From positions 51,373-71,372 of the IMG/VR virus record IMGVR_UViG_3300020191_000009: 20,000 nucleotides of DNA, one strand, 5' to 3'. Of the stretch, positions 13,101-17,418 are shown piece by piece. Both the position numbers and the translations under genes were made by a program. The notes under the pieces were generated by a model. The model ran no database searches, was not told the origin of the DNA, and saw only the letters and a list, made by a program, of their open reading frames with translations. Source of the DNA: an uncultured virus (IMG/VR IMGVR_UViG_3300020191_000009) (taxonomy: Duplodnaviria; Heunggongvirae; Uroviricota; Caudoviricetes). Position 1 is the first letter of the stretch; every line of letters starts with the position of its first letter.

Positions 13101-15064
13101 TAGGTTATAGCCCGTACTCCCGTAGCTAAATCTAACGGAACTATCATTCTACTTTCTGTTAGCCCACTAGTAGAAGCGGGATGTATGCTTCCATTTATTA
13201 TAAAAGAATCATAAGTATCGTCTGAAGCTGCCTCAGCTCCGTCTATATCTACAATGGGGCGGCCACTCCATTCACTATATGCAATAGTTGTTGTAAAGAG
13301 TTCTATATCATTGGTGTCAGAGTTCTCTCTCCCCCATAAAATAACTGCCGCCCTATCTGTAGTGGATGCTAAGACTGCAGGCCTAATATTTGACATGTTA
13401 TACGGGGTAGGCCCTGAGCCAGTTCCATCTTCGAAGAAATATCTGGAGTACAACGAGTTGTCTGTTACCGTGCTAGTACCTGTGGCGCTAGCAGTAAACC
13501 TTGTGACCTTTCCACGAGGGGGACTAACCGTATTATCTTTATAAGCAACCCAGCAAGAGCTACCGTCTGGAAGTATAGTTACAAAAGGAAAACTTAAGTC
13601 ATCATCAAATGTTCTTGGTGTTCTATAAGTTGCAAATACCCCCGTAAGTAAAGTGACCATCGAGTAGCCTTCACTGATTTGGTCAGTAAATACAGTAACG
13701 TGCCTATTAGTTGTAGGAGCATAAACAGTATGAAGGTCGTAAACTTCCCTGGTTGTAAAAGCAGTGGGCGGCTGAAAAAGTACGTCTAAGCCATCTATTT
13801 CACCTACTCGACCTATACCTACGCCTCCTCCGTTTAAAGAGTTATCCGCATAATGAAAAATTAAATTTCCGCTTTGTGTGTCAGAAGAGACGGAGTGAGA
13901 GCCGATAGCCTCGCCCAAAGAAAAATCGATAGGAAACTGCGACATGCTTACCGCAAACCCTGCAATTGTAACTACACGAGTATATCCAATATTGGTAATA
14001 ATATCTTTCCAGGCAAAAATAACTCGAGTAGTTGCTATATCATACGTAACGGAGAACTCTCCTCCGACGCCGGTAGCAAACTCATGGACAGTGGTGTCCA
14101 TAGTTATCTCTACACCATCATCATCTACTTCTCCAATTACAAACTCGCCCGCACCTGTAGTAGCATTAATAAATGCTACAATAAATTTTTTCTGAGAGCT
14201 TAGCCATAGCGAATGAGTTTGAGCGCCTAACTGATTACCAACAGTTTCTGATTGACCAAACTCAGGAGGTAGATAAGAGATAGGAAAGACTACAGTTCTG
14301 TTATTCTGTCTACCTACTGTAACAGCCTTTCCTGCAGTAATGTTAGTATTGAGTGCGGCTGATACAGTTAGTTTTCCGACAGTAGCTGGTGTTCCAGGAA
14401 TCCACTGTTCTAAAACGTCATCGTATATTAAAGATTCGCCAGCCTTCGGAGTTGTGAGGTAGTTTACATCTGTTAAGTTTTCTATTTCTAGAACAGGACT
14501 TGTACTTACCCAAAAAGACCCGTCAAAAGCGAGTACATCATTTTCAGAGGCACCTGTAACATTTACATTTACAAGATCATTTAAATAAACGGAACTTAAA
14601 GCTGCCGCAGAGGTTGCGGTCCAGAGAGAGGTTTGAGCATCGTATGCAAGAATAGATCCGTCTGAAACAGTAGAAACATCGAAATCTGAAAAGTCTGTGA
14701 TTTCAAGAGCTTTTGGAACGTAGTTACTGCCGTCATGAATGAGTACGGCACCGAGAAATCCAGCACCGCTCGAGTCATTGAGTTCTGAAAAAGAATAAGG
14801 ATTATTAGTGTGATAAGAAGCAACATAAGATTTTACTGCTTCTTCAGTAGGAAGTATTACTGACCCGTCTATAGAATTCAGAGTCGGGTCATTTGTGAAC
14901 GCAAGAATCTGTAGCACACCGTCTGAGAGGGTACTAAAATTCAGTTGTCCAAATTGGGCGTCATCTCCACTTTCGTACTTAGTTGTATTTAAGTAAGTGA
15001 AGTTTCCGTCTAGCTCTGTAAAAGTAAGTTCTGTGCCTTTTACAAGTCGTAGTACTAAAGCCAT
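1121..15064 (-). CDS. Giant (4647 aa) phage fibre/adhesin-like virion protein with about 41 fibre repeats and five beta-propeller modules, several of FG-GAP/integrin-alpha type
   Basis: 13.9-kb uninterrupted ORF. The N-terminus LVLRLVKGTELTFTELDGNFTYL is a motif typical of phage fibre/virion-anchor N-termini. Recurrent LxDLxDV..P..GQxLxW(D/N)G..W repeats; FG-GAP blades such as FGESVSIS..IGAPG, FGSSVAI..VGAP and FGYSID..VGA. C-terminal ATRASFPSLGNLGDLSFAQDTGALYVWEGTVW fibre motif followed by a ~100-aa beta-rich terminal domain. Confidence 0.9.
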   Translation of the reverse strand: MALVLRLVKGTELTFTELDGNFTYLNTTKYESGDDAQFGQLNFSTLSDGVLQILAFTNDPTLNSIDGSVILPTEEAVKSYVASYHTNNPYSFSELNDSSGAGFLGAVLIHDGSNYVPKALEITDFSDFDVSTVSDGSILAYDAQTSLWTATSAAALSSVYLNDLVNVNVTGASENDVLAFDGSFWVSTSPVLEIENLTDVNYLTTPKAGESLIYDDVLEQWIPGTPATVGKLTVSAALNTNITAGKAVTVGRQNNRTVVFPISYLPPEFGQSETVGNQLGAQTHSLWLSSQKKFIVAFINATTGAGEFVIGEVDDDGVEITMDTTVHEFATGVGGEFSVTYDIATTRVIFAWKDIITNIGYTRVVTIAGFAVSMSQFPIDFSLGEAIGSHSVSSDTQSGNLIFHYADNSLNGGGVGIGRVGEIDGLDVLFQPPTAFTTREVYDLHTVYAPTTNRHVTVFTDQISEGYSMVTLLTGVFATYRTPRTFDDDLSFPFVTILPDGSSCWVAYKDNTVSPPRGKVTRFTASATGTSTVTDNSLYSRYFFEDGTGSGPTPYNMSNIRPAVLASTTDRAAVILWGRENSDTNDIELFTTTIAYSEWSGRPIVDIDGAEAASDDTYDSFIINGSIHPASTSGLTESRMIVPLDLATGVRAITYGNNPVTNIKDWFGIADESFSSGSSDYNSGIITILGGQTKVTSWIGGSQPSNFVPGTPIYIDNSRLYRGSLRTSDVGSGAIGISIDASTVLITGDVEPNPSIAGIPKSITELEDVDTLSTAPLSQQFLQWNTNAQKWVPAYASVTGQISNLDDVDTYNGFEAGIPKSHLLAWDNFNIEWVPKSINQILIDEPVELGELSNVNFVQVNDGDLLTYNGPTQTWISSPVNLETDLGDINDVDLTTGLATGTYLQYDGANWVPGQAVSTMPRFRDLADTGGQWSGQQGMVPIFNTTGTYANQFTLGFVSNFGGIGDLFDVDTSTISPQPGQSLVWNGTKWAPATITGGGGGSTGGGDTGGGTTTTPSPNPDGGGGSTGGTVETEDGDIIEIPSLDVDEDIEEPIETGTGFVSETVTNTDTVPATDVIPENVKPGDLFQTPSLSKPYPVVYSISEDRTELTLSENISTSQFEAIIFATPPVYQVVATTGTVEVGQGVVGTESTSEIFLDTPLPEEIVPGHAVYIGSNVNIPIVSGISGDRLSFAVSYDIDITAGATIIFKVVIPMAISQDVGSFVNNNPAGTTGSNTIVLNDPVGPDVEVNHYVMHSELESAPRVVFISTDRLSITVNKNVDALVDGQFITFGSTTSKQQEVTFTLAELSDTDIQTAALQDGEVLLWNYENQVWTTSDVQLSNSLDALNDVRIDNPQEGQILRYTTLADANRYENIDPSFGAGALADFNYNIANQASNNILTWHAPSSAFISTPIGEVMRASDYTMNNLADVTGVPFDGSALVYDSNTGFYSSASFPDSIYDLADVAGLPEPSDALVWNGASWSPAPIPRALEDLNERSIFLLNQLNENGFQNLGNTPSSKFLKWTGTTIDTVVTGSIEGIGLRLEDLDDVSITEPYNSDFISWDPDTNSWVTRSVEGAVISIGLDVLTDVDFQAVPPQNRNTLEYNASTGEWRPATRSGVANYIAAENLSAGDLLALRSDGEVEKIAEIESSVSSIFQASGSPSVSSDYYGKSVFVSDDYYIVGAPGYEYLTVGGKVEIFSTSTNTLVQTINNPNATANDKFGESVSISSQFFTIGAPGYDSNAGRIYVYSLPGFILEHTIDNPNAATSTLDDQFGFRVQNTNTYVAVTAINEEPQSLSDTNSGTVYVFNTATGNQLGFVENPSPSITGFGSAISISTSGDLAIGSPSEEKVYVYEAATLSSIYTISNPGGAGDFGSSIAISSDGRMVVGAPTADTGSGKLYIYNLNNGDFNYTLNNPNRNADVPTGDNFGSSVAVTTEYILASASGENVGSVYLFEAASGAFRNEFLSDEGATNINWGFGLALTNDYLIIGSPRLTVAGTGKIATFASDSFIESNAGDWVGISEQSVEATQQVTVTTVGAVNKFVSGLTINKNYYIDGRGFITETETDYGVLGKALAADELLITGNVVSAETGVTYINDIRDVDTVTVPPSNNQGLVWDSANNRWAPKNIGYSNITTFGGLTDTSVGGVQAGQGLKYSGSSWGLATYIEAGTLSLSSLSDVDTSGVVDNAALVYSLQFDEWQASVIPIPATINDLNDIDLSTVSAVNNDVLVYNANSELWEPGQVSRVSALGDLIDVDLASQPPVQDNVIAYQAGVGWTPVQITNITVTQLDNMDDVRTAGLYAPVPGETLIWNGIEGVWEPGSPALDTISIGSLSDVDTTPGTASEPSFGEFLAWDGVNWSPGSTAPTAATLNSLLDVEVIANPAKEKEVLTYDATTQKWYPRAGHSGGIENFIANGDISDGDIVSITPPGKVKKTGQEPFLPAWNVENPTIFGTATSDQFTSAVVASGDYIIAGAQYEDEIEGSSSGVVYVFNNFGTQQYYIKNENINNPVTGDRFGNSLDASGNLLAVGSLLADDLTGYNQGAAYVYRLATGTSPSGDLWLSIQNPDGTNNAQFGTDVAISDYNGEARLAVGAPLEDMSDQYSEAGCVYFFDPDIGVGDPQYGFLYRIDNPNTVGSISGDYFGQRVSLTQDRKYLAVTASREGTTSVKGYVYIYDVSSDSLPVLLHTISNPNPGGGSDATHGFDIVWDRNPSIKRLAISAPEQDFTGANEGLVYIYDVTDEACTLINTIQNPDTYPLPQGDEFGYSIDMKDNKILVGARREDQGYIGGVYTNAGKAYYFEADTGTPIAYFDNPNIYGNSTTEYFGSSVAIGNDKLYVGAPFARNTISGDFNSGHLTAFDINITSNASSWIGVAFEDILDGDVGQVTLFGGIAHNQVNLLPGQNYYLNIDGTLNSSPTNLGIFGKALSANDILITGDVESNTADQVNNLNDLGDVTAFASDGQALVWNAQSSQWVAGDAAGGVSSLSDLDDINLPIPSNIQTGEVLTWNAVSQSFVNAVTGSSNVDVLDDLTDVDLSSVLPSALQILQYNGSIWSPQDLPEGQRITGIAAEQILQGGLVVLNSSGQFENPTITAGELVSSFPSSSDLGLFGHTIAEEGGRVAVSAPYHRIGPNSGVATGLVRIYDTDNSTLIRTLQPSLSLTTPAAWRGETNQAFGFAVAIKDDYAVVGSPLKDLDAVNSGVVYVYRISSGTLIAVLESPEPLLQGQFGSSVAINSTYVAVGAPRVDIGNNALVGKVYRYPISLLESSEYGIPEGETEARWDPLLVPDFTFNNNNDDGGTGGDLFGSALSATDTYLSIGAPGEDTGGQLSTGRIYVRNINTGSTIHTLQDTNIGSNGLGFTFEMDDSIIVAGTPDFNGGLGRVLVYSTTSGAVLAEINSPDQIGDKFGRSVGLGSSQIVVGSEANNDVLGYNDSGKFYSYNRASTTSYPLYAAFENPGYVVNPSGSLFGFSVAVTNSGRAIVGAPYNDNVQGTQQFPATDRGVFFIYDVTLQATQSNAADWMGIAEQTAVTGEQLEVVILGGKTSSIYSNLVPGEYYYAGADGSLTLEETSYGIVGPAASVSEILILGSISGVSDMADLADVDFSAGLVPQHGLTWNGQKWVASYVSTVTNLLDLEDVNLLDSPPEDAQGLVYDNNTSKWVPANIGYSNVAQFSDLNNVDVSNATVGQSIEWNGVNWIPTTFSSVNSINDLTDVNTTTLKVDYDILTWSESADEWIIDKRNFGNFLNLEAYAPTQPIQAGDPVYITDDGKVAAIKGTETVLGTESLVNTLYPPVSNSNFGTNLAVSKDIIVVGNPYFTSGNILSTGRAYIYNATSGQLLYTLEPPTDYSLQSFGWGVATNGSEVAITAKESPSNNDYGRIYLYDAYTGALLRQIVNPEDSVSTNGPFAQHNSVVMTSSYLIVGNSNWRDATLGTTPGKAYVFNIFTGTQEYSFNNPNPSNGADFGRYINIDESESIISITDTGTGSSLTHIYELSDYSFRTTIDHSLVGVVADKFALNTNYLITGSNQHGYLSVWSTVSGANLYSKPIISSSGKDIVCNDKQVAVITGSSDGVKYYDIASGLELANFSVGSSFQSGAMYKTKLIHKSNLGEVLNYNLSGIKTNTRAADWVGINESLTYDGDIAKINTGSGVTSSVTNLVTGLNYYVSIDGSLFPGPTGFGKIGRAIDSTTILISSNTSNIDLDEESTAALIAGINDLTDVDIFTSFPADNNFLQYDSSSALWVPGTAAITLLNDVTISNLQDKNLLVYSTDTSSWENSSISTSELSDVDYTTPIESGQTLVWDGNTSSFKPGVTDRSITSLNDVDDQAPSVGQILIWDDISTQWVAQDNVSTLEGLTDVDISGVSNNQFLQYNNVTSLWEPGDVATSIAELTDVNVSGGITDGQYLVYNLNTSVWLPQDLPEFAAAIVDLTDVNADSPTQGQGLIFDDQTNKFELAIVGTSNVDTLDDLSNVSVPAPNDGDVLKYNSNSSAWEATPTPSPAVIYATRASFPSLGNLGDLSFAQDTGALYVWEGTVWYNLKRTNAFYLVRAGNFTGPLEGQQVFQPQQAITLHEIRAQVDQPSGETLIFAVMKNSVEVQQFVMPSAQGIVEAAFTSGVTVGLVDEITLDIISGPGTNLSVKFIYS
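1575..14791 (-). repeat. About 41 degenerate 30-40-aa protein repeats (LxDLxDVd...P..gqxLx[WY]dg..W) in blocks of 4/6/8/8/3/4/8 separated by globular modules
   Basis: Counted by eye in the translation, e.g. IENLTDVNYLTTPKAGESLIYDDVLEQW, LEDLDDVSITEPYNSDFISWDPDTNSW, LDDLSNVSVPAPNDGDVLKYNSNSSAW. Diverged at the DNA level. Confidence 0.85.
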
Positions 15065-15067
15065 TCT

Positions 15068-15358
15068 CTATCCAATAGTTACTAGTGTTGCTGCGATTCC
15101 TGAGGTGATCAAGCCGGTGACGGCGATCCATAGCAGTCTAGTAATGCTTTGCAGAATATGGCCGTGGTTATCGATATCTCTAAGTGCGACCGTTTGCATA
15201 ATTTCAATATCTGTAACTCTCGATTCAATTTTGTCTCTTGCGTCATCTAAGTCTGAAATTTGCTCTTCTACTCTTGCTAGTGCTACTACTAGTTCTGTTA
15301 ATTTGTCAATTTTGTTCTCTATTCGATCTATGCGATTATTCTGTTGCTCCAGCTCCAT
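15068..15358 (-). CDS. Coiled-coil protein with one C-terminal TM helix (XhlA-like/holin-like phage membrane protein, 96 aa)
   Basis: Heptad-rich N-terminus (RIDRIENKIDKLTELVVALARVEEQI) and hydrophobic C-terminus (LLWIAVTGLITSGIAATLVTIG). Overlaps the end of terS by 23 nt and stops 3 nt before the giant gene. Confidence 0.7.
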   Translation of the reverse strand: MELEQQNNRIDRIENKIDKLTELVVALARVEEQISDLDDARDKIESRVTDIEIMQTVALRDIDNHGHILQSITRLLWIAVTGLITSGIAATLVTIG

Positions 15359-15809
15359 TTAATAATTTTTCCATCAACTTACCGTAGTTGCCTTGCCCAA
15401 AAGGAATACCTTCATTAATCTGTACATTCGTTTGACTACGAATAGTGGCTGCATTGGACGCCTTTTCAGCTTCTGCCAACGCTTTAATTTCGTCCATTCT
15501 CATTTTATGGGCCATGACCATCAGATCCGCTAGATCCTTTGATGTATACATACCGCTCTCTTGAGCCTCTTCTAGCTTTGATGCTATCATTTCGTCAAGA
15601 ACAGCTGCAATATTATTTTTATTCCTGTACCCCATATCTAAATACACAGTGTCTACATAACGCTTTACTTCACGCGTATTTAAAATTTCTACTACCCTAT
15701 GTTCTGGCACAGACATGTATTCGCAAACTGCCTTTATGTTGCCGTATTGGAGATAGCAATTAGCTACTTCTACTCCTTCGGGAGATATTATAGAAACTTC
15801 TTTTGACAT
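15336..15809 (-). CDS. terS: Terminase small subunit, T5-like (157 aa from ATG 15809)
   Basis: Motifs SPEGxxVxxxYLQxG, GYRN, VLDExIxxKLEExxExG, AHKMxMxE and QTNxQ match my recollection of T5-family TerS. The TTG start at 15845 in the ORF track is the -35 box of the promoter, so ATG 15809 is the likely start. Confidence 0.8.
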   Translation of the reverse strand: MSKEVSIISPEGVEVANCYLQYGNIKAVCEYMSVPEHRVVEILNTREVKRYVDTVYLDMGYRNKNNIAAVLDEMIASKLEEAQESGMYTSKDLADLMVMAHKMRMDEIKALAEAEKASNAATIRSQTNVQINEGIPFGQGNYGKLMEKLLNGAGATE

Positions 15810-15816
15810 GCTATAA

Positions 15817-15845
15817 ATTATACATTCGAGCAGATCGAATGTCAA
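15817..15845 (-). promoter_or_regulatory. Perfect sigma70 promoter TTGACA-17-TATAAT driving terS and the fibre operon, overlapped by an 8-bp inverted repeat
   Basis: Minus strand reads TTGACA ttcgatctgctcgaatg TATAAT ttatagc ATG, with an A/T tract upstream. Inverted repeat ACATTCGA-N5-TCGAATGT at 15822-15842. Confidence 0.9.
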
Positions 15846-15949
15846 GAAAAATTTTTCGAAGGTGAGGTAGGAAGGTGGAAAGGGAAGGTTCAGACATGCT
15901 GAAGAAAATTAAGAGGAAAAATTTTTGCGGACGTGTTCGAATTTTATGA

Positions 15950-15994
15950 GGTTTTTTCAGGTTTTTTCGCCGATTCGGGTTTTTTCGGTTTTTT
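15950..15994. repeat. Four GGTTTTTT tracts (15950, 15960, 15978, 15987)
   Basis: Read directly from the sequence; spacings 10, 18 and 9 bp in non-coding DNA. Confidence 0.75.
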
Positions 15995-16025
15995 ACAAAG
16001 TTTTACGTAAAGATGGGGCCGCGCG

Positions 16026-16041
16026 CGTCAAAATTTTGACG
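16026..16041. promoter_or_regulatory. Perfect 16-bp palindrome CGTCAAAATTTTGACG (copy 1 of CGTCAA-N4-TTGACG), putative protein-binding site
   Basis: Exact palindrome; a second copy with the same arms is at 16145-16160. Confidence 0.65.
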
Positions 16042-16075
16042 GTCTCTTAACCGCCCCCTCCTGGGCAGGCGCGCG

Positions 16076-16088
16076 TAACCTATTGATT
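16076..16088 (-). promoter_or_regulatory. IHF-binding consensus (AATCAATAGGTTA = WATCAANNNNTTR)
   Basis: Exact match to the IHF core consensus on the minus strand, with A/T-rich DNA on its 5' side; lies about 46-58 bp upstream of the predicted sigma54 start. Confidence 0.6.
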
Positions 16089-16106
16089 TATAAGGGAAAA
16101 ATAAAG

Positions 16107-16123
16107 TTGGCACGATTCCTGCT
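16107..16123 (+). promoter_or_regulatory. Sigma54 (RpoN) -24/-12 promoter element TTGGCACGATTCCTGCT
   Basis: Matches YTGGCACGRNNNTTGCW with one mismatch (C for T) and exact GG-N10-GC spacing; points toward the pre-early cassette. Confidence 0.65.
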
Positions 16124-16143
16124 TAAGAGCTAGGGCACGCCCC

Positions 16144-16161
16144 GCGTCAAACTATTGACGC
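16144..16161. promoter_or_regulatory. Inverted repeat GCGTCAA-ACTA-TTGACGC (copy 2 of CGTCAA-N4-TTGACG)
   Basis: Same arms and 4-nt spacer length as 16026-16041, 119 bp away; followed by the palindrome TATAAGCTTATA at 16171-16182. Confidence 0.65.
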
Positions 16162-16189
16162 ACATTTGGTTATAAGCTTATAGCACATC

Positions 16190-16234
16190 GATATAAAAAA
16201 CCCTGTACATTTGGAATTAGACCCTGTAAAATCC
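16190..16234 (+). promoter_or_regulatory. Pre-early sigma70-type promoter, copy 1 (A-tract, TGTACA-17-TAAAAT)
   Basis: gatataaaaaa cc cTGTACAtttg gaattagacc ctgTAAAATcc; 34/45 identical to 16397-16441, with identity concentrated in the UP, -35 and -10 parts. Confidence 0.75.
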
Positions 16235-16263
16235 ATCACATATAAAAACAAAAGGTATAAAAA

Positions 16264-16374
16264 ATGTTTCACGATTTATTCACTAGAGCGCTCTTAGGAA
16301 TTATTGGCATGGTAATTGCCTTAGCAATTCTGATGCCAATAGCAGGATCGTTCTTGCTAAACCTTATACCATAA
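16264..16374 (+). CDS. Small single-TM membrane peptide (36 aa) MFHDLFTRALLGIIGMVIALAILMPIAGSFLLNLIP
   Basis: Translated by hand (below the ORF-track cut-off); AAGGT SD-like motif, own promoter directly upstream, strongly hydrophobic. Confidence 0.7.
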   Translation: MFHDLFTRALLGIIGMVIALAILMPIAGSFLLNLIP

Positions 16375-16396
16375 TGGAATATCGTTATTCTATCTT

Positions 16397-16441
16397 GATA
16401 TAAAAAATACTGGACATTTGCAGAATACCTCTGTAAAATCC
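16397..16441 (+). promoter_or_regulatory. Pre-early sigma70-type promoter, copy 2 (A-tract, TGGACA-17-TAAAAT)
   Basis: gatataaaaaa ta cTGGACAtttg cagaatacct ctgTAAAATcc, about 40 bp upstream of the A2-like gene, which has a TAAGGA SD. Confidence 0.78.
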
Positions 16442-16482
16442 TACCCATGCAATAAAGCATTAATCACTAAGGAAAAAAAGTT

Positions 16483-16779
16483 ATGGCTACATACACTGAA
16501 AAAATGGTTAAGCGAATGCGCGATCTTGCACCCCTTGACCTAGACAAAGCAAAGGCGCTTGCCGACGAATTCGGTTCCGTGTCTTATCGCTCTATCATCG
16601 CCAAAGCCAAAAGCGAAGGCGTTGACTATATCGCTAAAGCTCCAGCGGCTAAAAGGCCAAAAGGCCCAACTAAACGCGAGCTTGTGAGTGCTATCGAGCG
16701 ATCTCTGGGATTACCCGAGAGTGACCGCGAAAATCTCACCGTTGATGGCTTAAGCCGCGTTTTAGAGCATCTCGCGTGA
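16483..16779 (+). CDS. A2: T5 A2-like pre-early DNA-binding protein (98 aa)
   Basis: Basic helical protein with YTEKMV...LADEFGSVSYRSIIAK...Y.AK...K.ELV.AI...L, the pattern I recall for A2-family proteins; supported by proximity to dmp. Confidence 0.62.
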   Translation: MATYTEKMVKRMRDLAPLDLDKAKALADEFGSVSYRSIIAKAKSEGVDYIAKAPAAKRPKGPTKRELVSAIERSLGLPESDRENLTVDGLSRVLEHLA

Positions 16780-16973
16780 TTGCGGTTTGCTCTTGGATAG
16801 GCACCGCGCTGCTTGGCGCGGCTCCCTTCCTCATTGACATGCCAGCGGGTAAACTCATGGCGATCATTGGACTTGCTCTGTTATGCTTGCAAGCATACGA
16901 GAAAAAATGCTACAATCTGCTTATATTAAACACAATAGGGATTATCGGTTATGCTTCCAATTTTTTTATTTGA
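16776..16973 (+). CDS. Small multi-TM membrane protein (65 aa)
   Basis: GTGA start/stop overlap with the A2-like gene; three hydrophobic segments (WIGTALLGAAPFLI, LMAIIGLALLCLQA, LLILNTIGIIGYA). Confidence 0.75.
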   Translation: MIAVCSWIGTALLGAAPFLIDMPAGKLMAIIGLALLCLQAYEKKCYNLLILNTIGIIGYASNFFI

Positions 16974-17418
16974 TCTCGACGAGACTGTCATCGACTCGAC
17001 CCACCGTCAAGGTGAGACGTTAAGCGACTGGCGCAGAATGAATACACCCGCAAACGTCATGCGCGACTCTACGCTTCCGCTTGCTTCTACAATGATTCAA
17101 GCCATCTCGGAAGGGTTAGACGTTGGCATTTGTACTTCTCGCGTCATGGGTAGCGTTGATCGCGTTTGGCTACGCATGCGCGGAATGCTGCCAGCGTTTA
17201 CGCTTTCGCGTTCAATCGATGACAATCGACCCGCTGGTGAATTCAAGCTCGCCAAAATGTCAGAGCTTGCGATTGCTCGCCGCGTTTCGTTCGACGAAAT
17301 TCGTCGTCGCGTTATCCTTTGGGATGACAACGCAGACGTGCAACAAACTTTAAAAAATGCTGGCTTTCGTGTAATCGATCCGGTAAAATATAACCAAGCA
17401 AAAAAGGTAGCTGCATAA
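16951..17418 (+). CDS. dmp: HAD-family phosphatase, T5 Dmp-like deoxynucleoside-5'-monophosphatase (155 aa)
   Basis: HAD motif I FDLDETVIDSTHR, motif II ICTSR, Lys in EFK, motif IV LWDDN. DSTLPL, ICTSRVM..D..WLR..G and GF..ID...N parallel T5 Dmp as I recall it, without its long acidic C-terminal tail. Confidence 0.78.
   Translation: MLPIFLFDLDETVIDSTHRQGETLSDWRRMNTPANVMRDSTLPLASTMIQAISEGLDVGICTSRVMGSVDRVWLRMRGMLPAFTLSRSIDDNRPAGEFKLAKMSELAIARRVSFDEIRRRVILWDDNADVQQTLKNAGFRVIDPVKYNQAKKVAA

Noticed and set aside
2241..14826. Short ORFs overlapping the giant gene (2241, 3567, 4174, 5157, 6372, 7745, 13254, 13874, 13944, 14596)
   Set aside because: Antisense or alternate-frame shadows of a strongly coding 13.9-kb gene, with no recognisable motifs.
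1121..15064. Reading the giant ORF as a bacterial RTX/secreted adhesin, or as a DGR target
   Set aside because: No signal peptide, RTX nonapeptides or secretion genes; phage fibre motifs at both ends and phage context. No near-identical template/variable repeat pair or reverse transcriptase was seen.
14997..15763. Plus-strand ORFs 14997-15362 and 15539-15763
   Set aside because: Antisense to the holin-like and terS genes; no supporting signals.
15810..15845. TTG start at 15845 extending TerS to 169 aa
   Set aside because: The TTG is the -35 hexamer of the promoter; TerS-like sequence begins after ATG 15809.
16265..16273. parS half-site TGTTTCACG at the start of the 36-aa gene
   Set aside because: Only one half matches and it is explained by the codons ATG TTT CAC GAT.
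16269..16460. 63-aa minus-strand ORF
   Set aside because: Antisense to the promoter-supported 36-aa peptide and spans a plus-strand promoter.
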